From positions 7,812,001 through 7,876,000 of the forward strand of contig NC_043018.1 of assembly GCF_006345805.1 (NCBI RefSeq): a DNA stretch of 64,000 nucleotides, in the 5' to 3' direction. Below, one piece after another: positions 11,030-22,446 of this stretch. The notes below the pieces were generated by a model. It was not told the origin of the DNA. It made no database searches and was given only the letters and a program-made list of their open reading frames with translations. Position numbers and translations under genes: made by a program. The first letter of the stretch is position 1. The number at the start of each line of letters is the position of its first letter. This stretch comes from Octopus sinensis (taxonomy: Eukaryota).

Positions 11030-12330
11030 ATATATATATATATATATAATGAAATTATTGTATACAGTGCTCAGGTGCACCACAACTTGCCAAAAGTGCA
11101 TATAAAGCATATGCAGTAATGTACACATGTCTGGGAAGCGAACAGTGTATAAGTCAGATACATGCTTGTGTGTGTATGGAGGGGAGAAAATCAGGTGTAG
11201 TGTTGGCGAATCTCAGGAAGCATGGAAGTTTTCAAGGATGCAGTGATCCAACAGCTAACAACTGATGCCAGCAGTTTGTTCCATGATTCAGTGTGTGTAT
11301 GGAGGGGAGAAAATCAGGTGTAGTATTGGCGAATCTCAGGAAGCATGGAAGTTTTCAAGGATGCAGTGCTCCAACAACTAACAACTGATGCCAGCAGTTT
11401 GTTCCATGATTCAGTGTGTGTATGGAGGGGAGAAAATCAGGTGTAGTGTTGGCGAATCTCAGGAAGCATGGAAGTTTTCAAGGATGCAGTGCTCCAACAA
11501 CTAACAACTGTTGCCGGCAGTTTGTTCAATGCTTCAGCCACTCTCAGCGTGAAAAAATGTTTCTGAAAGTCATGGGAGCTGTGCTGTTTTCTGACTTTGT
11601 AAACATGTCCATGGGTGTTAGACAGGTAGAGTTTGAAAAGGTGCTCAGAGTTATTGTTTGTACGATGGTTGATAATTTTATGGGTGTCTGCCAAGTCAGC
11701 TGCCAGATGTCGGAGTTTCAATGTATCTGTGCCCAAGGAAGTAAGGCGTTCAGAATATGGAAAATGCTTGATGGAGGGTATACTCTTTGAAGGATGTGCC
11801 AAGATTTTAGAGCTTGTGACAAATCATACTATAGTCAACTTTGTCAAAGCTTTTGCAAAGTCGAGGAATATCCTGTCCACATTTGAGTCACTGAGCAGCT
11901 GCTTTGGCACCCAGTCGTAATGCCGCAAGAGCTGTGTCAGGCAGCTTCTACCTGGTCGAAAACTATGCTGGGTCAGCAAGTCGTTCTCTTCCTTAGGACT
12001 ATTCGTTCCATGGCTTTGCTGATGTGTGAGGTCAGGGAGATAGGCCTGTAGTTTTTAGTATCCGCTCTGCTTCCTCCTCTATGGATAGGCCATATTATTC
12101 CCTCTTTTAGTTTGTCCTGGAGCTTACCATTTCCGAGGAAGCTCTAAGAAAGTCACTGCAATGGTTTTGCAAGGTCTCAATTGCATGACTTGCGAAGGAT
12201 TGCTGGGAATCCATCAGGGCCAGCAGCTGAGTTTGCGTCTATAGAATCTATTGCTAGCATTACATCCTTTTCTTCGATGTTGATGTAATCAATTCTTACT
12301 GCCTCCCGTTCAGCTTCTGTAGCAGTAAAG
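11030..12330 (-). mobile_element. CR1-clade LINE fragment (ORF2 C-terminus and 3' end, plus a fused RT N-terminal piece)
   Basis: SIKHFPYSERLTSLG...NTHGHVYKVRK...HFFTLRVAE; upstream KNYRPISLTSHISKAMER and FLDFAKAFDKVD; (AAT/TA) tail at ~11030. Confidence 0.9.
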
Positions 12331-12614
12331 AATTGTACAGGTTTGTGTATATAAACTTCTGATTTTTGACCTCTAGTGTTTCAGTCTATAAAGAAACAAA
12401 CATTGCACAGACTTTGGCTTATGTCTAGCACAAGAAAACTAAATATAAGTCCAGGAAAAAATAAAAATATATGTTCTATTATTTATTGAACTTAAGTATT
12501 ACAACAAACAAAAATACAAATAGCTTTTCTTAGATGAATGTAGTGTGACATTGACACTAAAGATTTGAAGTTATTATTCATTCTGCCAATTTAAGTTTGT
12601 TGATCCCATTCTAA

Positions 12615-13625
12615 AACCTTCCTCATAGACAATGTTTCAGGTTTTACCAGTAGGAGCAAAAACGAAAAGATTAATAATAATATAATATGAAATTATTGTA
12701 TACAGTGCTCAGGTGCACCACAACTTGTCAAAAGTGCGTATAAAGCATATGCAGTAATGTACAAATATCTGGGAAGTGAACAATGTATGAGTCAGATACA
12801 TGCTTGTGTGTGTATGGAGGGGAGAAAATCAGGTGTAGTGTTGGCGAATCTCAGGAAGCATGGAAGTTTTCAAGGATGCAGTGCTCCAACAACTAACAAC
12901 TGATGCCGGTGGTTTGTTCAGCAACTCTCAGCGTGAAAAAATGTTTCCGAAAGTCATGGGAGCTGTGCTGTTTTCTGACTTTGTAAATATGTCCACGGGT
13001 GTTAGACAGGTGGAGTTTGAAAAGGTGCTCAGAGTTATTGTTTGTAAGATGGTTGATAATTTTATGGGTGTCTGCCAAGTCAGCTGCCAGACGTCGGAGT
13101 GTCAATGTATCCATGCCCAGGGAAGTAAGGCGTTGTCCTTGCTCCCCACTCTGGAACCCCAACATATAACTGGCTGTGTGAAAAACAGCCCTCCTCTAAT
13201 TGCAAAGCAGTAACTTTCAAAGTCTGATCTTGGGACTTATTAATGGACATCGCAAAAGACGGATGTATTGGAAATTGAAGTCATTTCAACTGGAAGGGTA
13301 TATCGGAGGGCATTAAAGGGAAGTGAGGAATAAAAACATCTTCACCTTTTTCACAGATAGAAATTATTGCAACCTCTATGACATTTTTCTTTAATTTCTT
13401 CACAAATTTTATACCACTGCACAGCTTTGGTTGAGAAAAGTTCAGGCAGAGAGGCATGACCGGAGTGCCTATTTTCAATCGAAGGCATTGAGGAGGTGCT
13501 CCTTGTGACTCCAATGAATTTAAGAACTCAACCAGGTAAGTGACAATTTCTGAGTCATCAACAACAGAGGTTATAGATTTGTAAATATATTCATTTCCTG
13601 GTAAAACTTTCTTGAGTCTTTCATT
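12615..13625 (-). mobile_element. Helitron PIF1-helicase C-terminal fragment, interrupted by a CR1 insertion
   Basis: [17 protein letters not shown]...GEDVFIP...[13 protein letters not shown]...FAMSINKSQ...CFSHSQLYV..SRVGSKDN | LFVFAPTGKT*NIVYE. Confidence 0.85.
12675..13135 (-). mobile_element. 5'-truncated CR1 LINE 3' end
   Basis: RLTSLGMDTLTLRRLAADLADTHKIINHL...HFFTLRVAE; (ATT)n tail at ~12675-12690. Confidence 0.9.
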
Positions 13626-13636
13626 TAAATTATTTG

Positions 13637-13945
13637 TGGAGGCATACGGCTTAGTGGTTAGAGCAGCAGACTCGCGGTCAAGGAATTGCGGGATCGAATC
13701 TCAGACCGGGCGATGTGTGTGTTTATGAGCGAAAACACCTAAGCTCCAGGTGGCACCGGCAGAAGGTAATGGCGAACTTCTGCTGACTCTTTTGCCAAAA
13801 CTTTCTCTCACTCTTTCCTCCTGCATCATGCAGCTCACCTGCGACGGACTGGCATCCCGTCCAGGTGGGGAACCTATACGCCAATGAAGCCGGGAAACTG
13901 GCCCTTATGAGCCAGGCATGGCTCGAGAAGGAACAAACAACATTT
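13637..13945 (+). mobile_element. OR-type SINE
   Basis: ggaggcatacggcttagtggttagagcagcagactcgcgg...gagccaggcatggctcgagaaggaacaaacaac. Confidence 0.8.
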
Positions 13946-14490
13946 AAATTATTCACAGTAATGTTATTTGGTGTCAAACTTTTATTTAGTTATCTCCCTT
14001 AGACCGTTCTTTTATTCGGGAATTGTGATATGTACGTGTTGGAAAAGGGCTAGTCACTCCCTTCGGAGGGCTGCTAGAGACTTGGGACCACTTCCGTTGT
14101 CTTCGGCATAAAATTTTACCCAAGAATAAGTTTTTAGTTTTTATATAGATGTTGGAGCCTTTCTTGCCATAGATGGACACACACACACACGTACATTTTT
14201 ATTATATAGATATATAATAGAGAGAGTGAGAGAAAGATAGGGAGTGAGAAAAAGAGAGAGAGGAAGAGAAACATACAGACAGATAAATAAATATGTATGT
14301 GTGTGTGTGTGTGTAAAATAATCATAAAACTAGGTCTACTCTGAAAAACTAACCTGGGTCTGAGCAAGGACTTACACTTAAACATGCATATATGCAGACA
14401 CTCATGCACATTGATATGCACATATACACCTTCAAGATCTCTCTCTCTCTCTCTCTCTCTCTCATACATATATGTGTGTGTGTGTTTGTG

Positions 14491-14790
14491 TGGAGGCGCA
14501 ATGGCCCAGTGGTTAGGGCAGCGGACTCGTGGTTGTAGGATCGCGGTTTCGCTTCCCTGACCGGGCGCTGTGAGTGTTTATTGAGCGAAAACACCCGAAG
14601 CTCTGGCAGGGGGTGGTGGTGATCCCTGCTGAACTCTTTCGCCACAACTTTCTCTCACTCTTTCTTCTGTTGGCCTGCTCGCTTAGCCAGCGGAGTGGCA
14701 TCATTTGAAGGCTAAAACAATGCAAACGCATTGTGACCAGCGATGCGTAGCAACATCTGATAGCCTGGTTGGTCACGGCGGTGATATATA
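14491..14790 (+). mobile_element. OR-type SINE
   Basis: ggaggcgcaatggcccagtggttagggcagcggactcgtgg. Confidence 0.8.
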
Positions 14791-14872
14791 TATATAAACT
14801 GACAAAGAAATATTCTCTATGCGTGCATATACACACATTCATAGACATGCAGAAACCTATAAACACACTCAT

Positions 14873-15780
14873 GAAGGTGCATGGCTCAGTGGTTAGAGCA
14901 TCGGCTCAGAATCATGAGGTTATGAGTTCAATTCTCAGACCAAACCTTGTGTTGCATTTTTGAGCAGAACACTTTATCGCATGTTGCTCCAGTCCACTCA
15001 GCCGTAGAAATAAGTTGCAACAACACTGGTGCCAAACAATATCAGCCTTTACTTTTCCCTTGGATAACATTAGTGATGTGAAGAGGGGAAGCTGGTATGC
15101 ATGGGCCACTGCTGGTCTTCCATAAAAGACCTTGCCTGGATTTGTACCTGGGAGGGTCCAAGCAATGGAGTTGCGACATTGATGACTGATGTTCTAGAAG
15201 AAGTAGCCAAATGTTTCTACTGTCTTATAAAAAATGAAGAGCACATTGGAAGTATGCTGTGCGTGGGAAGACCCGGCAGGACAAGTGAGACCTTAACTCA
15301 TGGCCTCTACCTGGGATGTAGCTGGTCCACTTATGCATACCTTTCCTTCTTGTGACACAAACCCTACTTGTGAAGACCTGTAGGCAAGTGAAGGCAAGTG
15401 AAAATCGAAATCGAAATTGAAATCGATCAACATCAATGAAAATTGTAGCTGTGATATCAGTGCCGGTGGCACGTAAGAGAACCATCCGAACGTGGCCGTT
15501 GCCAGCGCCACCCCGACTGGCCTCCGTGCCGGTGGAACGTAAAAAGCACCATCCGATTGTGGCCATTGCCAGCCTCATCTGCCTCCCGTGCCGGTGGCAC
15601 GTAAAAAGCACCCACTACACTCTCGGAGTGGTTGGCGTTAGGAAGGGCATCCAGCTGTAGAAACACTGCCAGATCAGACTGGGCCTGGTGCAGCCTTCTG
15701 GCTTCCCAGACCCCAGTTGAACCATCCAACCCATGCCAGCATGGAAAACGGACGTTAAACGACGATGATGATGATGATGA
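14873..15780 (+). mobile_element. Composite insertion: SINE + copy of local intron + RTE-clade LINE 3' end
   Basis: Flanked by ACTCAT at 14867-14872 and 15780-15785; absent from the paralogous intron of copy A; ends ggacgttaaacgacgatgatg. Confidence 0.7.
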
Positions 15781-16008
15781 CTCATACACATATACACACA
15801 TAGATGCATAGCAAAATATTTGTGAAGTAACCCAAGCAATGGAGTCACTACATTGGTGATTGATGTTCTAGAAATAGTAGCCAAATGTATCTACTTTCTT
15901 ATAAAAAATGAAGGGCACATTGGTAAATGTTTTTCAAGGTACATGATGTCAGCAACAACATCTGAAATATTTCAGACAAATGAAGATAATGGAAGCAAAT
16001 ATTCTTAC

Positions 16009-16179
16009 CAAACTTTCTTTGTATATGTGTCGTTCTGGTGGGTCCAAGGTTTGCTGCCATAGATGGCCTCTCCATTGACTTTGAGCCACTGACCAACTTG
16101 GAGCAATCTCTCTTCAAACAGTGGATCGATACGTCCATCATGAGTGGGTCCAATGTTCATTAGAAGGTTTCCTCCACAG
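16009..16179 (-). CDS. FUCA: Alpha-L-fucosidase copy B, exon 7
   Basis: ttag|C TGT GGA GGA AAC...: [57 protein letters not shown] |gtaag; 171 bp. Confidence 0.96.
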
Positions 16180-16352
16180 CTAAGAATAAATTAGATTGGT
16201 ATATCTCATGTGAGTATGAGAAAGTAGATGTTAAAATGATGGAAACTGAAAGAAGCCCGTCATATATATGCATATATATATATATGTATTTATGTGTGTG
16301 TGTGTCTTTGTGTTTGTCCCCACCACCACCACCACCACCACCACCACTTGAC

Positions 16353-16606
16353 AAACAAGGTGGACAAAATAGTACTCAAATACCAAAGGTAGAGTAACAT
16401 GCTTTTATCAAAGCTGAAAGATTATCACAAAAAACTGTTACTCAGAGTTTCACGTTCCCATTCATCAGACAGTTTTCATCACAACTGTTCAAGAAACGGG
16501 AATTTGAAACTCTGAGTAACAGTTTTTTTTGTGATAATCTTGCAGCTTTAATAAAAGCATATCACTCTACCTTTGGTATTCGAGTACTATTTTTACCACC
16601 TTGTTT
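16353..16606. mobile_element. Fold-back element of the same family as 1403-2090
   Basis: aaacaaggtgg...agtactcaaatacc...gttactcagagtttc / gaaactctgagtaac...ggtattcgagtact...ccaccttgttt. Confidence 0.85.
16431..16476 (-). ncRNA. Complete minimal type I hammerhead ribozyme motif in FUCA-B intron 6, sense strand
   Basis: AAAACUGU CUGAUGA AUG GGAA CGU GAAAC UCUGA GUA ACAGUUUU: 8-bp helix I, intact core, 3-bp helix II with GNRA loop, GUA triplet. Confidence 0.62.
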
Positions 16607-16659
16607 TGCACTTCTGTGCTCACCCGTGTGTGTGTGTGTATGTGTGTGTGTATACTCTT

Positions 16660-17041
16660 TTAATCTTTTCCTTGTTTCAGTCATTTGACTGTGGCCATAC
16701 TGGAGCACTGCCTTTAGTCGAGCAAATCAACCCTGGGACTTATTCTTTGTAAGCCTAGTACTTATTCTATCGGTCTCTTTTGCCGAACCGCTAAGTGACG
16801 GGGACGTAAACACACCAGCATCTGTTGTCAAGCAATGCTAGGGGGACAAACACAGACACACAAACACACATATATATATATATATACATATATACGACAG
16901 GCTTCTTTCAGTTTCCGTCTACCAAATCCACTCAGAAGGCTTTGGTCGGCCCAGGGCTATAGTAGAAGACACTTCAGTGGGACTGAACCCGGAACCATGT
17001 GGTTGGTTAGCAAGCTACTTACCACACAGCCACTCCTGCGC

Positions 17042-17042
<1 letters not shown>
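16660..17042 (-). mobile_element. OK-type SINE
   Basis: Reverse complement of the 6195-6602 element. Confidence 0.88.
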
Positions 17043-17074
<32 letters not shown>

Positions 17075-17419
17075 CAAATTATAAATAGAAATAAATTGCA
17101 AACTGTTCATGTTTTTAAATTTTTTTTAAATTTCGCTATTGTTTTAAAATTATATTTAATTTTCTGTTTGGAAATAAAGGAAGTGGGGAGGATCATAATA
17201 GAGATAGCCAATTTCCAAAATTCTTCAAGGCATTTCCCATTGATTTAAGTGCTGCGCAGTGCAAAACAAAATTGGTCATAATCAGTCTGGAAGGGAGGGA
17301 AGAAGGATTAATAAATTTTCAAATATTTTCAAAATAAGCCACCACGACCCATCATTTGCAAAGATGTGGTAAAAAATAAATTTGAAAACTTCCCATAAGC
17401 GTAGGAGTGCCTAATAGGC

Positions 17420-18320
17420 ATAGGAGTGGTTGTGTGGTAAGTAGCTTGCTTACCAACCACATGGTTCCGGGTTCAGACCCACTGCATGGCACCTTGGACA
17501 AGTGTCTTCTACTATAGCCTCGGGCCGACCAAAGCCTTGTGAGTGGATTTGGTAGACGGAAACTGAAAGAAGCCCGTCGTATATATGTATATATGTATGT
17601 ATATATATAATTAGTGAATGGAAGAAATGGAGTTGAACGAAGATTGTACAGAATTCCTTTTATTACATTCTACACATGTTTCAAAGGCCACAATTTTCCA
17701 AATTCTGATTAAATAAGGATACCATATTGCAGCTTTCTCTTCAGGAAAAAGCAGGAATTACGTTGACAGAACAAAACAAAACAGAGGCGCAGCAAAGCAA
17801 TTCGAACGAGGACGCTCCTTAAGAGCCCATGGTTAAACTGTTTATCAATGTACGTTGAAATTGGGGGGTTGGTGGGGGCCGACAAAAGGTCCGTTGGAAT
17901 AATTACAGGTCAGGCCGCGGTCAAATCTAGTAGGTGAGGAATTAATGAGAACAAGGGGTGTGGAGATGTTCTGTGTGACCAAAACTAATGTTCTGAATAT
18001 TTTAAGAATACAGGGTGTATTTTAGGGGTGAGACAAAACCTACCTAAAAGCATGTATGTGTGTACTAGCCTATGTGTGCACGGCCGTATGTATATATATG
18101 TATATATATATGTATATATATGTGTGTATATGTTTGTGTGTCTGTGTATGTCTCCCAACATCGCTTGACAACCGATGCTGGTGTGTTTATGTTCTCGGCA
18201 AAAGAGACCGATAGAATAAGTACTAGGCTTACGAAGAATAAGTCCTGGGGTTGATTTGCTCAACTAAAGGTGGTGCTCCAGTATGGCCACAGTCAAATAC
18301 ATGAAACAAGTAAAAGAATA
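17420..18320 (+). mobile_element. OK-type SINE split by a ~460-bp insert (17608-18070, possibly a Penelope-like terminal remnant)
   Basis: Head at 17420-17600, tail at 18070-18320; insert carries minus-strand cCTGAAGA...GAAACATGT, a degenerate hammerhead-like motif. Confidence 0.7.
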
Positions 18321-18446
18321 AAAGAGTTTCAAAAAGGAGTACATCCAACTTATGTAGGTGTGCAATTCCAAAAGTCTGCCAAGGCATTCTTTTATCTATA
18401 AAAGATACCAAACAATTCAATAAAAGATACCAAAGTCAGTACCAAC

Positions 18447-18579
18447 CTGATGGTCTCAACTAGTAGAGATATCAGCCCTTCGATGGTATAATAGTCAGAG
18501 TAGCGAGCACGGCGCCGGTAGCCCCAGGAATATTTATCAATAGTCATGGCATTCTCCCATTTGTGATTTATCAATTTAC
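18447..18579 (-). CDS. FUCA: Alpha-L-fucosidase copy B, exon 6
   Basis: ccag|GT AAA TTG...: [44 protein letters not shown] |gttgg; 133 bp. Confidence 0.96.
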
Positions 18580-19656
18580 CTGGATGAATGACATTTGGAA
18601 GAAGAAAAAGGTTTACTGATAATTATCTCCAGATTTATCGCAGTGTATATATATGTCATGTAATAACAAATTAAATTATTTAAACTTTTTTTAAACATTT
18701 AAATCTTAAGTAGAAAACATGAGGTTAACAATCAGAATAATGTATTTTCTTTTTCATCAGTTTTCTCTCTTCAATTTTTAAAAAGATTAAGTTAAGCCAA
18801 GCTCATGCCACAGCTTACCTCTTCAACACTGAAGATCAAATTTTGTCAGCTTATTATCGTCAACAATAAAGATTAACTCAATTAGAGTTCATGTCAGTTT
18901 ATTTCTTCGATTTTGGGGGGTGAAAGCAAGTTCATGTCAAACAGATCGATTCAAACTGAATGCATGTCACAGTTTATTTCGTCAGCTTTGAACCGATAAC
19001 TGATGTGCAGTGATCCTCTTATACACGGCCTCAAATCTACTTGATTCCAATCAAGCAAAGTTGAGACTAGTTTAACAGGATCCCACACATCAGTTGTAGT
19101 TAGTAACATCTGATGCTGGGTCACAATTACTACAGTTGTAGTAATTTCCAACAGGCTGGCATCATGTATAGAAAAAGATTGGTCTCTCACCTGCTTAAAT
19201 GTCACACAAAATTCTGTTATACACCTGCCCCAGGAACTTGTGATGTTGCTTCTTTAAGTAAACCTTCAAACTTTTTGAAGCACCCTTTCATCATTTTGGC
19301 AGACAAAAACATGTTCCAAGTAGTAAATAGCTATCTTTCTATATATTGGTCATTTGGTATTTTATTTGTTAAAGTTATCTCTACAGACCTTCTATAGAAA
19401 TTAAAACCAGCACTGATTTTTGTTACACCGGTTCATATCCAAGATGCCAGATGTAAACAAACAATGAAACTAAAGATGAAATATGGCTAACAGATGTACA
19501 TGACATACTTCAGAAGACTTTGCTCTTTCATCAGCACCCATCCAACCCATTAATCAACCACAAACACACTGCTTAAATAGCATATAGCAGTGTTATATTA
19601 TTGGCTATACCAATTTACATATTAAATGCATTCCTGGAAGCTGGTATGTAAATATT

Positions 19657-20082
19657 TGTAACAGAATGAGAGGTCCCCGCACTGGATGGGTTCAGCTCGC
19701 ATCCTTTACATTAAAATATTAATCGAAGGAAAGAATCAAGACTTCCGATTAACCTCAACAGTATAAATATTTATTTCTTGATTCGCAATATATACATTTC
19801 TTCCTCTGGGCTAATCGGCAGCCTAGGAGCTTATCGCAGTAGTCAAGTGGAGTGAGCCAAATCCTCTCCGTTCAAGCATAGCGGAGATACGCCACGAGGT
19901 AGCAGCTTGAGAGAGCTGATAAAACACGATTGTCCTGTTCAGCTGCTGGCGTTTGAGAGAACGATACAAGGGAATTTCGCTGCTGCTAGATTTCTGCGCA
20001 TGCGCACAAGGGGACTTCCGGCAGGCCTCCCGGAAGAATCCAACTCTGCACATGCGTGCTGGAGATTTCCAAGATGGCGTCA
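19657..20082 (-). mobile_element. Candidate solo LTR
   Basis: TGTAACA...GTCA termini, AATAAA on minus strand (19770-19775), CpG-rich; target-site duplication not clean. Confidence 0.45.
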
Positions 20083-20099
20083 CTATATATTAATGACTT

Positions 20100-20332
20100 A
20101 AGGCAGCGAACTGGCAGAAACGTTAGCACACGGGCAAAATGCGTAGTCATATTTTGTCTGCCGTTACGTTCTGAGTTCAAATTCCGCCGAGGTCGACTTT
20201 GCCTTTCATCCTTTCGGGGTCGATAAATTAAGTACCAGTTACGCACTGGGGTTGATGTAATCGACTTAATCCGTTTATCTGTCCTTGTTTGTCCCTTCTA
20301 TGTTTAGCCCCTTGTGGGTAATCAAGAAACAT
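20100..20332 (+). mobile_element. Young SINE (MetaSINE-like domain) with 15-bp target-site duplication
   Basis: ATATATTAATGACTT at 20085-20099 and 20333-20347. Confidence 0.85.
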
Positions 20333-20649
20333 ATATATTAATGACTTGTAGGGGCAGAATATTTCATTACGCAACCATAAAATACTAGAAAGTATAAAGT
20401 ATATTGTTTGTTTACATCATGCCTCTCAGATACAAAACATCGTAACAAAATCCATGCTGGTTCTAATTTCTAGAAAAAACCTGTAGAAATAACCTTAACA
20501 AATGGTGTTAATAGCATTGCCAACACAGTTTGAACACAGTATTGACTTATAGAAATGTTTGACATACTTTATACTTTGCAGTGTATTAGGGTTGCATAGT
20601 GAAATACCGTTTCCCTAGAAGTCATTGATATTTGGTATTTTGTACTCAC

Positions 20650-20747
20650 CAGGGTTATATCTATCTTGGCAAGTGTAAAAGTCTCCATGGTGACATGAAA
20701 TTCCAATTCCCCATCGGTCATTGACCACAACAGTGTCTTTCACTGGA
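20650..20747 (-). CDS. FUCA: Alpha-L-fucosidase copy B, exon 5
   Basis: ccag|T CCA GTG...: [33 protein letters not shown] |gtgag; 98 bp. Confidence 0.96.
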
Positions 20748-21807
20748 CTGGAAGAGAAAGGCAGAGAAATGGAAGAAAATTCAAGATCGTTAAAGGTATT
20801 TTAGGTATTGAAGGATCACAATGTAAAAGATGTACTTGAAAGATAGACAGACAGACAGACAGACAGAGGGGGAGGGAAATGGTTGACTGAAGGTGGAAGC
20901 AGGGGTGGTGGTGAAATAAAGGAAGAAAGAAACATGAGAGTGAATTAGAGAGGGGTGTGTAAATTGGAGAGAAATGAGGAGTGAGCTGGAGAGAAAAAAG
21001 GGAGATTAGAGAAAGGAGAGAGAATTAAAAAGGAATTTCTGAGTCAAAGAGTGAGGTAAGAATTTCGTTTAAAATGTTTAATTTGAAATATGTGCAGAAG
21101 TCATTTTCACTTTCAGGACAAAAATGTTATGCCAATGTTGCCATGGCGCAGGAGTGGCTGTGTGGTAAGTAGCTTGCCAAACATCTCTGAAAGTTTCATC
21201 CGAATCCATCCAGCGGTTTTTAAGATATCTTGTCCATGGACCAACAAACAAATACGACTGAAAACAATACCTCCACCTTCGCTAAGGCAGAGGTAATAAT
21301 CTTTACTATTATTGGCATAAGGCCTGAAATTAGGGAGGAGGGAGTAAAGTAGATTAAATGGAAACCAGTGTTCTTAATTGTTACATATTTTACCAACCCT
21401 GAAAGGATCAAAGGCAAAGCTGACCTTGGTGGAATTTGAACTCAGAACATAAAGACAAACAAAATGTTACTAAGCATTTTGCCTAGAATGCTGATGAAAC
21501 TACCAGCTTGCTGCCTGAGGTGGAGGAGGAGGAGGAGGAGATGATGATGATGATGATGACGACGATGATGATGACATTGATAATTATATCTTTATTCCCC
21601 AAAGGGGGCTAAACAAGGACAGACAAAGGCATTAAATCAATTACATCGATGCCAGTGTGTAACTGGTACTTATTTAATCAACTCCTGAAAGGAGGAAAGG
21701 TGAAGTCAACCTCGGCGGAATTTGAACTCAGAAGGTAGCGATGGCCGAAATACCACTAAGCATTTCGCATGGCGTTCTAACAAGTCTGCCAGCTCGCCAC
21801 CTTAAAA

Positions 21808-21839
<32 letters not shown>

Positions 21840-21844
<5 letters not shown>

Positions 21845-22396
21845 GCCCTGATGCAGTACCAGGCAGTGGCTCTCATGGCTTCTGATCTTAACTGATTGCA
21901 AGTGTTATCATGTACATTGTTTTGTCTTGGTATAAAAGATGGGCTACAGCAAATATTCTGCTCAATACCACAGATTTGCTTGTCAGTTGTTTGACTTTAA
22001 CCAGTTGATCTTGTCCCTTTGTGGCTGACGATATGTGCATCTTTGTTCATGAGCAGAAGTAGTGGGGGAGCATCATAGCCATGTGTTGAGAGGAATTCTT
22101 GGAGGTTTGGATAATTCACCTTTAGAAACATGGGTGTTTCGTTCAACATCCTTAAACAATCCTTATTCAGGGACCTTTTGAGCAGGATGGGCTACTCAAC
22201 CGGAAAAAAATTCTAACTGGGTCCCACCTACAAGGTCATGTGCTGTTTATCTTGATATGAGATCACCATGTCGTGCACATATGGTTGTGATGCATGTGCC
22301 TGGTGTACCCTTATCAGACGGGTAGTCATGATGGGTATACTGGGCTTCGTATATTTTACCCGTGTCACTTTGATGGCATGCACTGCTCTCTCATTC

Positions 22397-22400
<4 letters not shown>
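21840..22400. repeat. (AAT)n-bounded interspersed repeat shared with the paralogous intron of copy A (51790-52280)
   Basis: aaaagatgggctacagcaaatattctgctcaataccacagatttgc... occurs at the same intron position in both copies. Confidence 0.7.
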
Positions 22401-22433
<33 letters not shown>

Positions 22434-22446
22434 GTACTGTACCTAC

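Larger units (their letters stand above)
19364..20629. mobile_element. 1266-bp copy-B-specific insertion with 12-bp direct repeats and diverged sub-terminal inverted repeats
   Basis: ATTTGGTATTTT at 19352-19363 and 20630-20641; copy A has one copy of this 12-mer; ~95-bp inverted repeats at ~19372-19467 and ~20397-20492. Confidence 0.65.
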
